NCBI GenBank assembly: GCA_044376115.1
Contig: JBILLK010000023.1
Location: 32,001-96,000 of the forward strand
Reading direction: 5' to 3'
DNA from: Polyangiaceae bacterium
Lineage (GTDB): Bacteria > Myxococcota_A > Polyangia > Polyangiales > Polyangiaceae
DNA length: 64,000 nucleotides
Shown here: piece after piece, positions 9,870-21,227 of the stretch
Position numbering within the stretch: the first letter of the stretch is position 1
Layout: each line of letters starts with the position of its first letter
Notes under the pieces: generated by a model
The model's input: only the letters and a program-made list of their open reading frames with translations
Database searches by the model: none
What the model was told of the DNA's origin: nothing
Made by a program: the position numbers and the translations under genes

Positions 9870-11038
9870 CCGGCTCTCCCACCCACCATCAACAACTCGA
9901 CTTGTGGAGTGCCATCGCGCTCGGAGGAGAGCTTGTCGCCGTGTGCGAGTTCGATCTCCGCGGCCAGTTCGAGGCCGGCCAAAAAGGCGGCCTTTTTACC
10001 GCGACGAAGCACGATGAAGGGACCACCTTCAAGGATCTGGACGATCTCCCCGACCGGCGTGAACAGCGACCCGAGAGACGCAACCATGGATTGCCCCGCG
10101 ACCTCAACCCCGACACCGCCGCTGGCATGAGGCACAATTTCACACGCTACCTCGCCGCCAAGCGAAAGCCGGATACCCGCGCCCACTGGCAACGCGCCGC
10201 CGACCCGTGCACCACCGAGAAACGTGCCGTTTTTTGTATCGAGATCGCGTACGCAGGGCGCACCTTTTTCATCGCGAAATAGCTCCAGATGAACGCGCGA
10301 CAACTGTGGTGATGAAACGACGCAGCTAGCTTCACCCCGGCCGATCGTGAAAACCGGACCGAAAGCAAGCGTCGCTCGCTTGCCAGCGATCACGACATCG
10401 GCGGTAGGTCCCCGCAGCAATCGCTGCTCGAGGCGGGTGCGAAAATCTCGCAGTGTGTCGTCGTCGGGGAAGCGCGCTGCGAGCGCGAGGGCCTTTCGAC
10501 GCTCGCCGCTGCGGTCGAGGTCCTGGGCGGTTCGAATCGCGAGCGCGACCTCGTTTCCTTCCCGAACGTGAGCGACCTCGCGCTCCAGTTTGGCTTCCAC
10601 TTCCGCGAGCGCACCAGCCTGAACCAACGCCTGGACCTCGCGCTCGTTGTCGCCTGCCTCGGCGAACGCCTCCGCAGCTAGGCGGTATTCAGCGGCCGCG
10701 AGCAACTCCTCAGCGGCGCCCAAGACCTCTGCGCGCAGCACGGCACCTCGACCACGCGCTAGCTCGTAGCGCAGCTTGGCTGCCCGCGCTGCCGCCTCCC
10801 GGGAGTGGTGGCTTCCCGGCGCCATCTGCGAGGCAGTGCGCAGTAGCAGCAGCCGCTTGGCGGGTTCGCGCTCTACCTCGGCGCGCACCAACTGCAGGCG
10901 GCTCGCTTCGTCGGGTATACCGGCGTCGAGAAAAGCCTCGACAGCGGCGCCAAGCTGACCTGCGCGCTCAAGAGCCGCGGCTTTGCGCTCGCGGTATCCC
11001 CCTGGACCTATGCCTCGAATCCGATCCCACAGTCCCAT
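9866..11038 (-). CDS. FHA-domain protein with N-terminal helical repeats
   Basis: FHA signature IGR...LSRVH...DLDTKNGTF; ATGA overlap with kinase; start set at MGLWDRIRG. Confidence 0.85.
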   Translation of the reverse strand: MGLWDRIRGIGPGGYRERKAAALERAGQLGAAVEAFLDAGIPDEASRLQLVRAEVEREPAKRLLLLRTASQMAPGSHHSREAAARAAKLRYELARGRGAVLRAEVLGAAEELLAAAEYRLAAEAFAEAGDNEREVQALVQAGALAEVEAKLEREVAHVREGNEVALAIRTAQDLDRSGERRKALALAARFPDDDTLRDFRTRLEQRLLRGPTADVVIAGKRATLAFGPVFTIGRGEASCVVSSPQLSRVHLELFRDEKGAPCVRDLDTKNGTFLGGARVGGALPVGAGIRLSLGGEVACEIVPHASGGVGVEVAGQSMVASLGSLFTPVGEIVQILEGGPFIVLRRGKKAAFLAGLELAAEIELAHGDKLSSERDGTPQVELLMVGGRAG

Positions 11039-11228
11039 CCACGCGCCGTCTGCCTTTCGCGCGAAGTATCGGCCGCAATCCAACCTTGTGCACCAGAATT
11101 TAGCTCGCGCGAAGTGAACTCCCAGGACCGTGAGGAGGTGCTTTCAACCGCGCTTCACGTGTGGGCAACCCGCATACCAAGCGTTCGTGTTGACGGTTGG
11201 CCATTCGATCTTCCACCATGGTTCAAAC

Positions 11229-12935
<1,707 letters not shown>

Positions 12936-12968
12936 GTTCGCTGAAGCAAATTCCAACAGGAAGGCACC

Positions 12969-14057
12969 ATGCAATCGACAGAGCTTCGTTTCACGATGCT
13001 TCAGCTGCTTCAGGCGGTCGTGGAGAAGTCGGCCAGCGACCTCCACCTGACCACCGGAACCGCGCCTCAGCTCCGCATTGACGGCAGCGTGTTCCCCCTG
13101 AAGCTGCCACCGCTCAAGAACATCGAGGTCAAACAACTCATCTACTCGATCCTCACCGAGGAGCAGAAGATCAAGTTCGAGAAGACAAACGAGCTCGACT
13201 TCTCGTTCGGTGTTCCCGGGCTCTCCCGCTTCCGCGGAAACGTCTTCGTTCAACGCGGAAGCTCGGCCGGCGTCTTCCGCAGAATCCCGCACAAAGTGCT
13301 TGGCTTCGACGAACTTCAGCTGCCGCCGATCGTGCAGGAGATCGCCAAGAAACCGCGCGGCTTGGTGCTCGTTACCGGCTCCACAGGGTCGGGAAAGTCG
13401 ACCACGCTCGCGAGCATCATCGACAAGATCAACTCGGAGCAGCGCGTTCACATCCTAACGATCGAAGACCCGATCGAGTTCGTGCATGACCACAAGCTAG
13501 CCATCGTAAATCAACGCGAGGTTGGCGCCGACACACACGCCTTCAAGGACGCCCTCAAGCACGCGCTACGACAAGATCCGGACGTGGTTCTCATCGGCGA
13601 AATGCGCGACCAGGAGACGGTAGCGGCTGCGCTAACAATCGCTGAGACGGGTCACCTCGTGTTCGGCACGCTCCACACGAACTCTGCCGTTTCATCCATC
13701 ACTCGCGTGATCGACGTCTTTGAGCCTCATCAGCAACAACAGATCCGCGTCCAGCTATCGATGGGCTTGGTCGCAGTCCTTTCACAACAACTGCTCCCGC
13801 GTGCGTCCGGGAGCGGCCGGGTGCTTTCGATGGAGGTCATGTTGCCGAACGCCGCGATCCGCAACTTGATGCGAGAAGACAAGATCCACCAGATCTACTC
13901 GCAGATGCAGGTTGGCCAGGCGGGCAGCGGAATGCAGACGATGAACCAGTCCTTAGCAGCGCTCGTCATGCGTCAAGCCGTGACAGTTGAAGAGGCCTTC
14001 CACGCCACCGGAGACCCCGACGAACTCAAACAAATGCTGAGTGGAGCTCGCCGCTAA
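12969..14057 (+). CDS. pilT: Type IV pilus retraction ATPase PilT
   Basis: ASDLHL, GSTGSGKSTT, EDPIE, LRQDPD, AIRNLMRE motif. Confidence 0.95.
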   Translation: MQSTELRFTMLQLLQAVVEKSASDLHLTTGTAPQLRIDGSVFPLKLPPLKNIEVKQLIYSILTEEQKIKFEKTNELDFSFGVPGLSRFRGNVFVQRGSSAGVFRRIPHKVLGFDELQLPPIVQEIAKKPRGLVLVTGSTGSGKSTTLASIIDKINSEQRVHILTIEDPIEFVHDHKLAIVNQREVGADTHAFKDALKHALRQDPDVVLIGEMRDQETVAAALTIAETGHLVFGTLHTNSAVSSITRVIDVFEPHQQQQIRVQLSMGLVAVLSQQLLPRASGSGRVLSMEVMLPNAAIRNLMREDKIHQIYSQMQVGQAGSGMQTMNQSLAALVMRQAVTVEEAFHATGDPDELKQMLSGARR

Positions 14058-14100
14058 CCACTTGAAATCATAGGCCCCTAAAAGAATATCCGCACCGAAT

Positions 14101-14136
14101 TTGACTGGTTCTCACCCGTTCAGTAGCCTAACGGGT
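14101..14136 (+). promoter_or_regulatory. Sigma70-type lexA promoter with overlapping inverted repeat (candidate operator)
   Basis: TTGACT (14101-14106), 17 nt, TAGCCT (14124-14129); ACCCGTT-N9-AACGGGT dyad at 14114-14136. Confidence 0.65.
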
Positions 14137-14808
14137 ATGCAGGGGCTTACGGATCGTCAGCATCAGGTGCTCAAATATATCCGGGATTCGATAACCGACC
14201 GCGGTTACCCACCCACGCTGCGCGAGATTGGCGCGCACATGGGGATCAAATCCACCAACGGAGTTAACGATCATCTTCGTGCGTTGGAGCGCAAGGGCTA
14301 CCTCACGCGCGAAGACATGAAGAGCCGTGCGCTGCGCCCAATCAACGTGCCGATCGATGGAGAGGCTACGAATGACGGCGCCCCCACGGTGGCAAGCCGT
14401 GAGTCCGAGTCGGACTCGATGATCGAGGTGCCGGTTCTCGGAAGGATCGCTGCGGGCGTCCCCATCCTCGCGCACGAGCATCAGGAAGGCACCATCCGAG
14501 TCGACCCCGACCTGCTCCGTGGCGGTCGTGAGGTTTTTGCCCTGCGCGTTCAGGGTGACTCGATGATCGACGCCGGCATTCTGTCTGGCGACACCATCTT
14601 CGTGCGCAAGCAATCCACCGCCAACATCGGCGAGATCGTGTGCGCCTTGATCGACGACGAAGCCACCGTGAAGTACTACCACCGTGACGGGGACTACATT
14701 CGGTTCCAGCCGGCCAACGCGAGCATGGCTCCGATTCTCGTGCGCGCTTCAGACTTCAAACCGACGATGCTGCTCGGTATCGTCGTGGGCGTGTTCCGAA
14801 AGATCTGA
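14137..14808 (+). CDS. lexA: SOS repressor LexA
   Basis: LTDRQ..VL, GYPPTLREIG, cleavage site IAAG, catalytic GDSM and TVK. Confidence 0.96.
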   Translation: MQGLTDRQHQVLKYIRDSITDRGYPPTLREIGAHMGIKSTNGVNDHLRALERKGYLTREDMKSRALRPINVPIDGEATNDGAPTVASRESESDSMIEVPVLGRIAAGVPILAHEHQEGTIRVDPDLLRGGREVFALRVQGDSMIDAGILSGDTIFVRKQSTANIGEIVCALIDDEATVKYYHRDGDYIRFQPANASMAPILVRASDFKPTMLLGIVVGVFRKI

Positions 14809-14868
14809 AGTCGACCTCGGGTCGACTGAGGCCGTTGCCCTCGAAAGGCCGCGGCCTCTTTCGTTTTG
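14809..14868 (+). terminator. Probable lexA terminator region
   Basis: AGTCGACC-tcg-GGTCGACT hairpin, then GAGGCCG...CGGCCTC followed by TTTCGTTTT. Confidence 0.45.
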
Positions 14869-14980
14869 TCTGCTCGGTCAATGCGACCTCGAAACCACAG
14901 CCACAGAGGGATTGTGGGCGAGGATGGTTGCGCCAGGCGGAAAAGTTCTCTAAAGCTCCCCCCTTCTTCGAGGAGGCCTC

Positions 14981-16702
14981 GTGCGTTTCCCCCGTTTATC
15001 CCAGATCGCTACCTTCGCCGCCACGCTCGTACTCGGGTCTTCGCTCGCGTTTGCCGCTGGCAAGAAGGACAAAGACGCCGAGAAGCTCATTACCCAGGCG
15101 ATCGACGAAGACTACCTGAACACAGATCATGACAAGGGTCTTGAGAAGCTCAAGAAGGCCCTCGATCTATGCAAGAAGGCGGACGCCTGTTCGCCCGAAG
15201 TAGTCGGAAAGATCCACGTCGCGGCTGCGACCATTCGGGGCGTTGGGCTCGGCAAACTGGACGACGCTAAAGCGGACTTAGTGCTCGCGCTCAAAGCCGA
15301 CCCAAAGGCCAAGCTGCTGGATGGCCTGAATCCCCCGGAACTCGAGGCGAAGCTCAAGGAAGCGCAAGCCGAGGCGGGTGGAGCAGGCGGCGGTGACGCG
15401 GCTGGCGGTGGGGAACCCGGAGATGGTGGAAAAGGCGGCGACGGCGGAAAAGGCGGAAAAGAGCCAGGGCCTTCACCGTCCGGCGACTTCAATCATACGC
15501 CCCTCGAAGAGTCCGCAATCAACACGCCCGTGCCGATCTTCGCGGAGATCCCTGAGGAGCTCGGGGCGACGAAGGTCATCATTCGCTTCAAGCCGTACGG
15601 CGGAACGAAGTGGGAGACGCTACCTCTCACGAAGATGGAAGGCGGCTTCGGTGGCGAAGTCCCGTGTGCCGCGGTGACGACCTCCGGGGAACTCCGTTAT
15701 TACATCGTAGGAAGCGACGAGACGGGGACTCCGGTCGCTACAGCAGGCTCGGTCAAGTCGCCGTTCAAGATCGCCATCAAGAACAAGTTGAAGGGCGACG
15801 CTCCCAGCCTGCCCGGGAAAGAGCCGCCGCAGAAGTGCAAAGCCAAGGAGGACTGTCCGCCTGGTATGCCGGGCTGCGAAGGTGCGAACAGCGGCAAAGC
15901 CGAGGGCGTGATTTGCGACGCCTCGAGCGAGTGCATGTCAGGTCTTGCTTGTCTTAGCGGCATCTGCACCAAGGATGAGGACGCCCCCTCGGCTGACGGC
16001 AGCGGCACGCAGCACGTGATCTCGCTCGGCGCGCAGTTCGACCTAGCGTACGTCTCCGACGGCACCGACGTGTGCTCTGCATCGAATGCGGGCAGCTACG
16101 TTTGCATGGAGCAGAACACTGATCCGGCGCGGCAGTTCGTAGGCAACCCCGACGCAGTCAATGGCACCAACGGGATCAGCGGCGGTCTGGCCTTTGGCGG
16201 CGCTCGCATCTTCGCTGGCTACGACTACTTCTTCCCGTTCGGACTCGGACTTGGTGCTCGAGTCGGTTTCGCCTTTGGCGGGCCGAGCGTTGACTCTGAA
16301 CAGGCCATTCCCGAGGGCAGCGAGTACGGGCAGGTTGGGAAGTCGTTCTTCCCGGCTCACATCGAGGCACGAGCCTCGTGGAAGTTCCTTCACCCGAACC
16401 CTGAGGCGGGCGACTTCGCGCCGCACGTGTTCATCGGCGGCGGCGGCGCACAAGTGAACGCGTCGGTTCCCGTCACGGTTTGCGACAAGCTCAAGGACGA
16501 CGGCAACGGCGGTGATTGCCCCGGCGCAACCGCAGCAGACGCGTATCAGCTCTCGGGCCTCACGTTCATCACGTTCGGCGGCGGAGCCACGTACATGTTC
16601 ATTCGCAACTTCGGGCTGTCAGCGGACCTGAAGTTCATGGTGCTCTTCCCGACGGTGGGCTTCACCATCTCCCCCACCATCAGTCCGGTCGTCGCGTTCT
16701 GA
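14981..16702 (+). CDS. Secreted/outer-membrane protein: TPR-like N-terminus, Ig-like and Cys-rich middle, C-terminal beta-barrel
   Basis: GAGGAGG RBS, signal peptide ending AFA, Cys clusters, amphipathic beta strands, C-terminal Phe. Confidence 0.75.
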   Translation: MRFPRLSQIATFAATLVLGSSLAFAAGKKDKDAEKLITQAIDEDYLNTDHDKGLEKLKKALDLCKKADACSPEVVGKIHVAAATIRGVGLGKLDDAKADLVLALKADPKAKLLDGLNPPELEAKLKEAQAEAGGAGGGDAAGGGEPGDGGKGGDGGKGGKEPGPSPSGDFNHTPLEESAINTPVPIFAEIPEELGATKVIIRFKPYGGTKWETLPLTKMEGGFGGEVPCAAVTTSGELRYYIVGSDETGTPVATAGSVKSPFKIAIKNKLKGDAPSLPGKEPPQKCKAKEDCPPGMPGCEGANSGKAEGVICDASSECMSGLACLSGICTKDEDAPSADGSGTQHVISLGAQFDLAYVSDGTDVCSASNAGSYVCMEQNTDPARQFVGNPDAVNGTNGISGGLAFGGARIFAGYDYFFPFGLGLGARVGFAFGGPSVDSEQAIPEGSEYGQVGKSFFPAHIEARASWKFLHPNPEAGDFAPHVFIGGGGAQVNASVPVTVCDKLKDDGNGGDCPGATAADAYQLSGLTFITFGGGATYMFIRNFGLSADLKFMVLFPTVGFTISPTISPVVAF

Positions 16703-16730
16703 GCTTTTCAAGCACTACGGCTTGATGCAT

Positions 16731-16761
16731 TTGAGGCTGGGTTCGATGAACCCAGCCTCAA
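16731..16761. terminator. Hairpin between convergent genes
   Basis: TTGAGGCTGGGTTC-gat-GAACCCAGCCTCAA perfect 14-bp stem. Confidence 0.75.
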
Positions 16762-16786
16762 GCGTTTTCAGCGTTGCGTTGCAGCT

Positions 16787-17155
16787 CTAGGTCGAGCCCG
16801 GCGTCGAGCCGAGAAGCTGGAACAGGGAGAACAAGCTGCCCTCCTCTTGGTGCTCAAATCGAATCCCCAGTCGGGCCGGTTTGTCGCTCGTCGAGCGCCG
16901 CAACCAGGCCACTCGGCCTCGCAAGGTGAGCGGGTCCCAAAGCGTTGGCGCAGTAAGTTGCAGCACGACAGCGCCATCGAGCCGAAGCAGCTGGCCTTCC
17001 AAGCCCGAATCAAGCGGGAGCTCTACGCACGCACCACCGAGCCCGAGATTCCGGACGGTGGCCCGTTCTTCTTGGGCGCCGCCATCTTCACGTAGGGCTG
17101 CGGGCAGCGTGACGGCTTTGCGGCCGTGTGCCCTAAAATGATCGCGCACTCTCAT
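16787..17155 (-). CDS. Stand-alone PilZ-domain protein
   Basis: RxxxR (RAHGR), NLGLGG, GRVAW...LGIRF. Confidence 0.8.
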   Translation of the reverse strand: MRVRDHFRAHGRKAVTLPAALREDGGAQEERATVRNLGLGGACVELPLDSGLEGQLLRLDGAVVLQLTAPTLWDPLTLRGRVAWLRRSTSDKPARLGIRFEHQEEGSLFSLFQLLGSTPGST

Positions 17156-17405
17156 TGGCCGGCCTTGTTGGCCAGCCGAAAGCTAGCACGACGCGAACGT
17201 TCACCGAAGGTCGATGGAGCGACTGCAGCTTCGTAAGGTTGGTCGCTAGTCATTACTTGTCGTTTGGCTCGATTGATGGGTACCATCGCCGGGTTTTCAA
17301 CGAAGGTTGAATCAGACCACAACACAGCTGTTACGTTGAATTTCGCGCGCAGCGAGCCACGTCGTAACGACGACGTGCTGACGAGCTCGCGCACCTCGGA
17401 GACCG

Positions 17406-18821
17406 ATGGCTCAAGACACTCGTAAAGACCCACGCGCGAAAGTGCTCAGCATGACGGTGCGCTACAAGAGCGCTACCGTTGATGAGTTCATCGAGCACCA
17501 CGCGTCGGACGTCAGCCGCGGCGGGATCTACATCAAGACCCCCAACCCGTTTCCCCCGGGTACGCTGCTAAAATTTGAAATTCGTATCGCCGATGAACAG
17601 GCGGTGCTTTCCGGCGTCGGCAGGGTCGTCTGGAAGCGAGAACCTGATCAAGTGCCGGAGGGTGAGCCCGCCGGAATGGGCGTCAAGTTCATCAAGATCG
17701 ACGACAAGTCCAAGTCCGTAATCTCGAAGCTCGTAGAGAAGTCGGGCGGCAAGCCGTCGACGTTCGATCGCGGTGGCGACGGTGCTGGAGAAGCCCCCGC
17801 TGAACCCGCAGCTGAAGAAGAGGCTCCCGCAGCAGCAGCGCCCGCCAAAGCGGTTGCTGCCGTTCGTCCGGACAAGCGCGCATCAACCATGCTTGGTCTT
17901 GGTGCGATCGGAACCAAGAAGGCTGTTGAGGCGGCCATCAAGGGAGACCTTCCGGAGAAACTCGAGAAGGAGGAAAAGCCTGCGAGCACCGGTGGGTTCT
18001 TCCCGGCCTCGAGCGACGAACCTGAAATGCGTCCCCCTGAGGAACGCACGGTGATGAAGCAAGCGGCCGAGCTGCTGCAACAAGCACTTTCGGAAGCCGG
18101 TGGGTCACTCGACGAGATTGGAACGCCCGAAGTCAAGGCGCCCAAGTCTGTCCCACCTCCGCTGCCCAAGGATGAGCCCAAGGATGAGCCTGAGGCCGAG
18201 GAGAAGCCTGTTGCTGTAGCGGCGGCAGCCTCGGTACCGCCCGAGAAGCCTGCAGAGAAGCCTGCGGAAAAGCCTGTCGCAAAGGCCGAACCCGCAGCTG
18301 AAAAGGCGCCCGAAAAGAAGGCGTCGGTACGGCCTGCTCCGGTGAGCGCTCGCATCGAGCCCGAGGAGAAGGGTGGCAACGGCAAGCTGATCGTGATCGG
18401 AGCTGTGCTCGCCGCCGCCGTTGGTATCGGCATCTACCTCGTGAGCTCAGGTGGGGACAAGCCGACCCCATCAGCGACTCCCTCAGCTGCTGCTCCGCCC
18501 TCGGCGAAGCCCTCAGCAAAGCCCTCAGCAACCGCCGTAAAGACCGCTGACCCGGTCCCGACGGCCGTGGAGACCTCGACCGCTGCGGTCTCAGCGGAGC
18601 CCTCTGCAAAGCCGTCAGCAGAACCCTCTGCCAAGCCCACCGCCGAGCCCAAGCCCACCGCTGAGCCCAAGCCCACCGCTGAGCCCAAGCCCACCGCCGA
18701 GCCGAAGCCCAAGCCCACGGCAACGGCGACGGCAACGCCGAAGCCCACGGCCACAACGCCCGTGCCCAAACCCACAGCAACCACTCCCCCGCCCCAGCCG
18801 ACGGGCGATCCCTACGACTGA
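17406..18821 (+). CDS. TIGR02266-family (myxobacterial PilZ-like) membrane protein with Pro/Thr-rich tail
   Basis: RKDPR, DVSRGGIYIKT, GRVVW, GMGVKF; one TM helix; KPTAEP repeats; ends GDPYD. Confidence 0.85.
   Translation: MAQDTRKDPRAKVLSMTVRYKSATVDEFIEHHASDVSRGGIYIKTPNPFPPGTLLKFEIRIADEQAVLSGVGRVVWKREPDQVPEGEPAGMGVKFIKIDDKSKSVISKLVEKSGGKPSTFDRGGDGAGEAPAEPAAEEEAPAAAAPAKAVAAVRPDKRASTMLGLGAIGTKKAVEAAIKGDLPEKLEKEEKPASTGGFFPASSDEPEMRPPEERTVMKQAAELLQQALSEAGGSLDEIGTPEVKAPKSVPPPLPKDEPKDEPEAEEKPVAVAAAASVPPEKPAEKPAEKPVAKAEPAAEKAPEKKASVRPAPVSARIEPEEKGGNGKLIVIGAVLAAAVGIGIYLVSSGGDKPTPSATPSAAAPPSAKPSAKPSATAVKTADPVPTAVETSTAAVSAEPSAKPSAEPSAKPTAEPKPTAEPKPTAEPKPTAEPKPKPTATATATPKPTATTPVPKPTATTPPPQPTGDPYD
18633..18704 (+). 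repeat. Four 18-bp tandem coding repeats (KPTAEP)
   Basis: AAGCCCACCGCYGAGCCS x4. Confidence 0.85.
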
Positions 18822-19682
18822 GTGGGAACGTCGGAGAGCGCTTCATCGGCCGGTGCCGCCTTCGCTTGGGGAGGCGGCGCCGCCGTTTTGTCCGTCGTCG
18901 CGTTGGTAAGCGCAGTTGCGTTTTCACGCTCCGAGGAGGTCACGCGGGGGCTTGAGTTCGAGGCGTTCGCTACCCCGCCAGCCGTTGTGGTGCCCGCCAC
19001 CACAGTCGCGCCCGAAGTTGTATCGAGTGTTGCTCCGGCCGGTAGCTCGTCGCTCGTTCCAAAGAGCAAGGCCGCACCGGCCAGCCAACTCGCCGGAGCC
19101 GGACTTCCTACCCTTCGCCAGTTCGCCATCGACTTCCCCGAGGATCCAGCTGTGTTTGCAGCTCTACTTCAGGTTCATGTCCGCAGCGGTGCCCCGACCA
19201 AGCAAGCGCTCGACGACGTGGCCCGACTGTTGGCCCTCAAGCCGGAAACGGCTGGGGATCGCGACGTTCTTCAGCTTGTGCAAGCCGCTGCGGCGCAGCC
19301 GGCGACTTCTGCACAAGCCTTTCAGCTGCTGACCGGCCCGATGGGAGATCGTGGTTTCGACACCTTGATTGCACTTACGACTGGGAAAACCAGCGCGAAG
19401 GTAAAGGCACTTCAACTCACAAAAGACAAGACCGTGCAGGCCAAAGCCAGCCCGGCAGCCTTGATAATGGTCAAGCTCCGCGACGCCCCCGGATGCGAGC
19501 GCCGAGCCCTGTTCGAGGAGGCGGAGAAACACGCCGACTCGCGCTCGCTCCAGTACCTCAATCCACTCTTGAAGACCTCAGGCTGCGGCATCTTCAACAT
19601 GGGTGACTGCTACGCCTGCCTCGGCGGTCGTGGCGATCTACAACGGGCCATCAAGGCCGCCGCTGGACGGCAACCGCCGTAG
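18822..19682 (+). CDS. Membrane-anchored helical protein with C-terminal GCG-x5-DCYACL motif
   Basis: N-terminal hydrophobic stretch, helical body, Cys motif. Confidence 0.65.
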   Translation: MGTSESASSAGAAFAWGGGAAVLSVVALVSAVAFSRSEEVTRGLEFEAFATPPAVVVPATTVAPEVVSSVAPAGSSSLVPKSKAAPASQLAGAGLPTLRQFAIDFPEDPAVFAALLQVHVRSGAPTKQALDDVARLLALKPETAGDRDVLQLVQAAAAQPATSAQAFQLLTGPMGDRGFDTLIALTTGKTSAKVKALQLTKDKTVQAKASPAALIMVKLRDAPGCERRALFEEAEKHADSRSLQYLNPLLKTSGCGIFNMGDCYACLGGRGDLQRAIKAAAGRQPP

Positions 19683-19767
19683 CGCCCCGCTAGAGCGCAC
19701 CTGCAGTGTTTCGCCGAGAAGGGCACGAGGACAACTCGTTTGCTCCTTCGCCTGCGGCGGAATCGGG

Positions 19768-19839
19768 TGGGCGCAGCAGGGTTCGAACCTGCGACTTCGA
19801 CCGTGTGAAGGTCGCACTCTACCGCTGAGTTATGCGCCC
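19768..19839 (-). tRNA. tRNA-Val(CAC), CCA not encoded
   Basis: GGGCGCA acceptor stem, anticodon arm CGACC-TTCACAC-GGTCG, T-loop GGTTCGAAC. Confidence 0.95.
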
Positions 19840-19896
19840 GAGAGGCCCGACGTCTTACTCCGTTCGTTCGGACCTCGCAACATCAACTTTCGATCG

Positions 19897-21096
19897 TCAC
19901 GTCAATTGACGAACGGCCCCACGAATCGCCTCGAGCCCTTCGAGAATATCGGCGTCCGAGCACGCATAGGAAAGCCGTACGAACCCTGGCGCGCCAAATG
20001 GCGTACCCGCGACCGTAGCCGCGTGCGCCTCGGTCAAGAAGAACTCGGCCACCTGCTGGTCATTCGCCAATGGTTTCCCCGCAAAGCTCTTTCCGATCAA
20101 GCCGCCCACGTTCGCAAACGCATAAAAGGCGCCTTCGGGCGTGCGGCAGCTGATCCCGGGGATCGTGTTGAGCCCATCGACCATCAACTTCCGCCGTCGC
20201 TCGAACGCCTCTCGCATCGCCACGACAGAACCTCTCGGACCATTGAGCGCTGCGACCGCTGCAGCCTGCGCAACCGCTGCCGGGTTCGTCGTGCTCTGGC
20301 CTTGAAGCGTCGTCAGTTGTTGCGCCAACTTGGGGCTGGAGAGACTCCACCCAATACGCCAGCCGGTCATGGCGTAGCTCTTCGATACGCCATCGACGAT
20401 GATCAGCCGGTCCCCCAGCTCGGGCAGTAGCTTACCGAGCGAGTGATGCTCAAAGCCGTCGTACACGAGATCCGCGTAGATCTCGTCGACGATCACGTAA
20501 TAGTCCCCCTTCAGCAGCACTTCAGCGAGGGCTTCAAGCGAGGCCTTGTCATAAGCTGAGCCGGTCGGGTTGGAGGGCGTGCAAAGAATCAGCGCCTTGG
20601 TTCGCGGGGTCACAGCTGCGGCTAGCGTCTCGGGCCGCAATCGAAAACCATCCGCCTCAGAGGTCTCGAGCGTTATCGCCGTGGCCCCCATCATGCGCAC
20701 CTGCTCCGGGTAGCTCACCCAATAGGGAGCTGGAATCAGCACCTCGTCCCCGGGCTCGTAGAGAGCCGCGGCCAGATTGAAGAGCACGTGCTTGGCTCCG
20801 CAGGAAACGACGACTCGGTCAGGAGTGACAACGTGCCCACGGTCCCGCTGCGTGGCCTCACAGATGGCCTTCTTGAGGTCAGCAGTGCCGCCAACCGGCG
20901 TGTAGCGGGTGGCCCCGTGATCCAGCGCGAGCTTGGCCGCATTGCGCACGTGCTCCGGCGTCGGGAAATCGGGTTCTCCGACGCTAAACGGGAAGACCTT
21001 GATTCCCTGGGCGGTCATCTTCGCCGCCTGAGCGGCCATGGCTAGGGTGGCGCTCGGCGCTACAGCGGCCGTGCGAGCTGCGTAATTCAACGGCAT
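19897..21096 (-). CDS. aspC: PLP-dependent class I aminotransferase (aspartate aminotransferase-like)
   Basis: GEPDF, PSNPTG, DEIY, SKSYAMTGWRIG. Confidence 0.88.
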   Translation of the reverse strand: MPLNYAARTAAVAPSATLAMAAQAAKMTAQGIKVFPFSVGEPDFPTPEHVRNAAKLALDHGATRYTPVGGTADLKKAICEATQRDRGHVVTPDRVVVSCGAKHVLFNLAAALYEPGDEVLIPAPYWVSYPEQVRMMGATAITLETSEADGFRLRPETLAAAVTPRTKALILCTPSNPTGSAYDKASLEALAEVLLKGDYYVIVDEIYADLVYDGFEHHSLGKLLPELGDRLIIVDGVSKSYAMTGWRIGWSLSSPKLAQQLTTLQGQSTTNPAAVAQAAAVAALNGPRGSVVAMREAFERRRKLMVDGLNTIPGISCRTPEGAFYAFANVGGLIGKSFAGKPLANDQQVAEFFLTEAHAATVAGTPFGAPGFVRLSYACSDADILEGLEAIRGAVRQLT

Positions 21097-21227
21097 AGTG
21101 CCTTCACCTACAGCCGTTTGGGGCCAAAGCGCAAGCTGGCAACCAACGGGATCAACATTGAGCAGCCAGGAGATGAGTTGGGGCGTACCTTGAATACACT
21201 CCCACGTTCGCGCCCCTTAGGAGGACC

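Noticed and set aside
18633..18704. Tandem repeats here and at 29052, 37951 and 44308 as a possible CRISPR array
   Set aside because: All are in-frame coding repeats without unique spacers, and no cas genes are present
18819..18824. In-frame TGA immediately followed by the next ORF (possible readthrough, selenocysteine or split gene)
   Set aside because: The upstream protein ends in a natural-looking GDPYD after a low-complexity tail, the downstream ORF has its own N-terminal anchor, and no SECIS-like hairpin is evident
19603..20430. 275-aa ORF containing WAQQGSNLRLRPCEGRTLPLSYAP
   Set aside because: Translation of the antisense tRNA-Val and aminotransferase; the same artefact explains ORF 54962-55513 over tRNA-Arg
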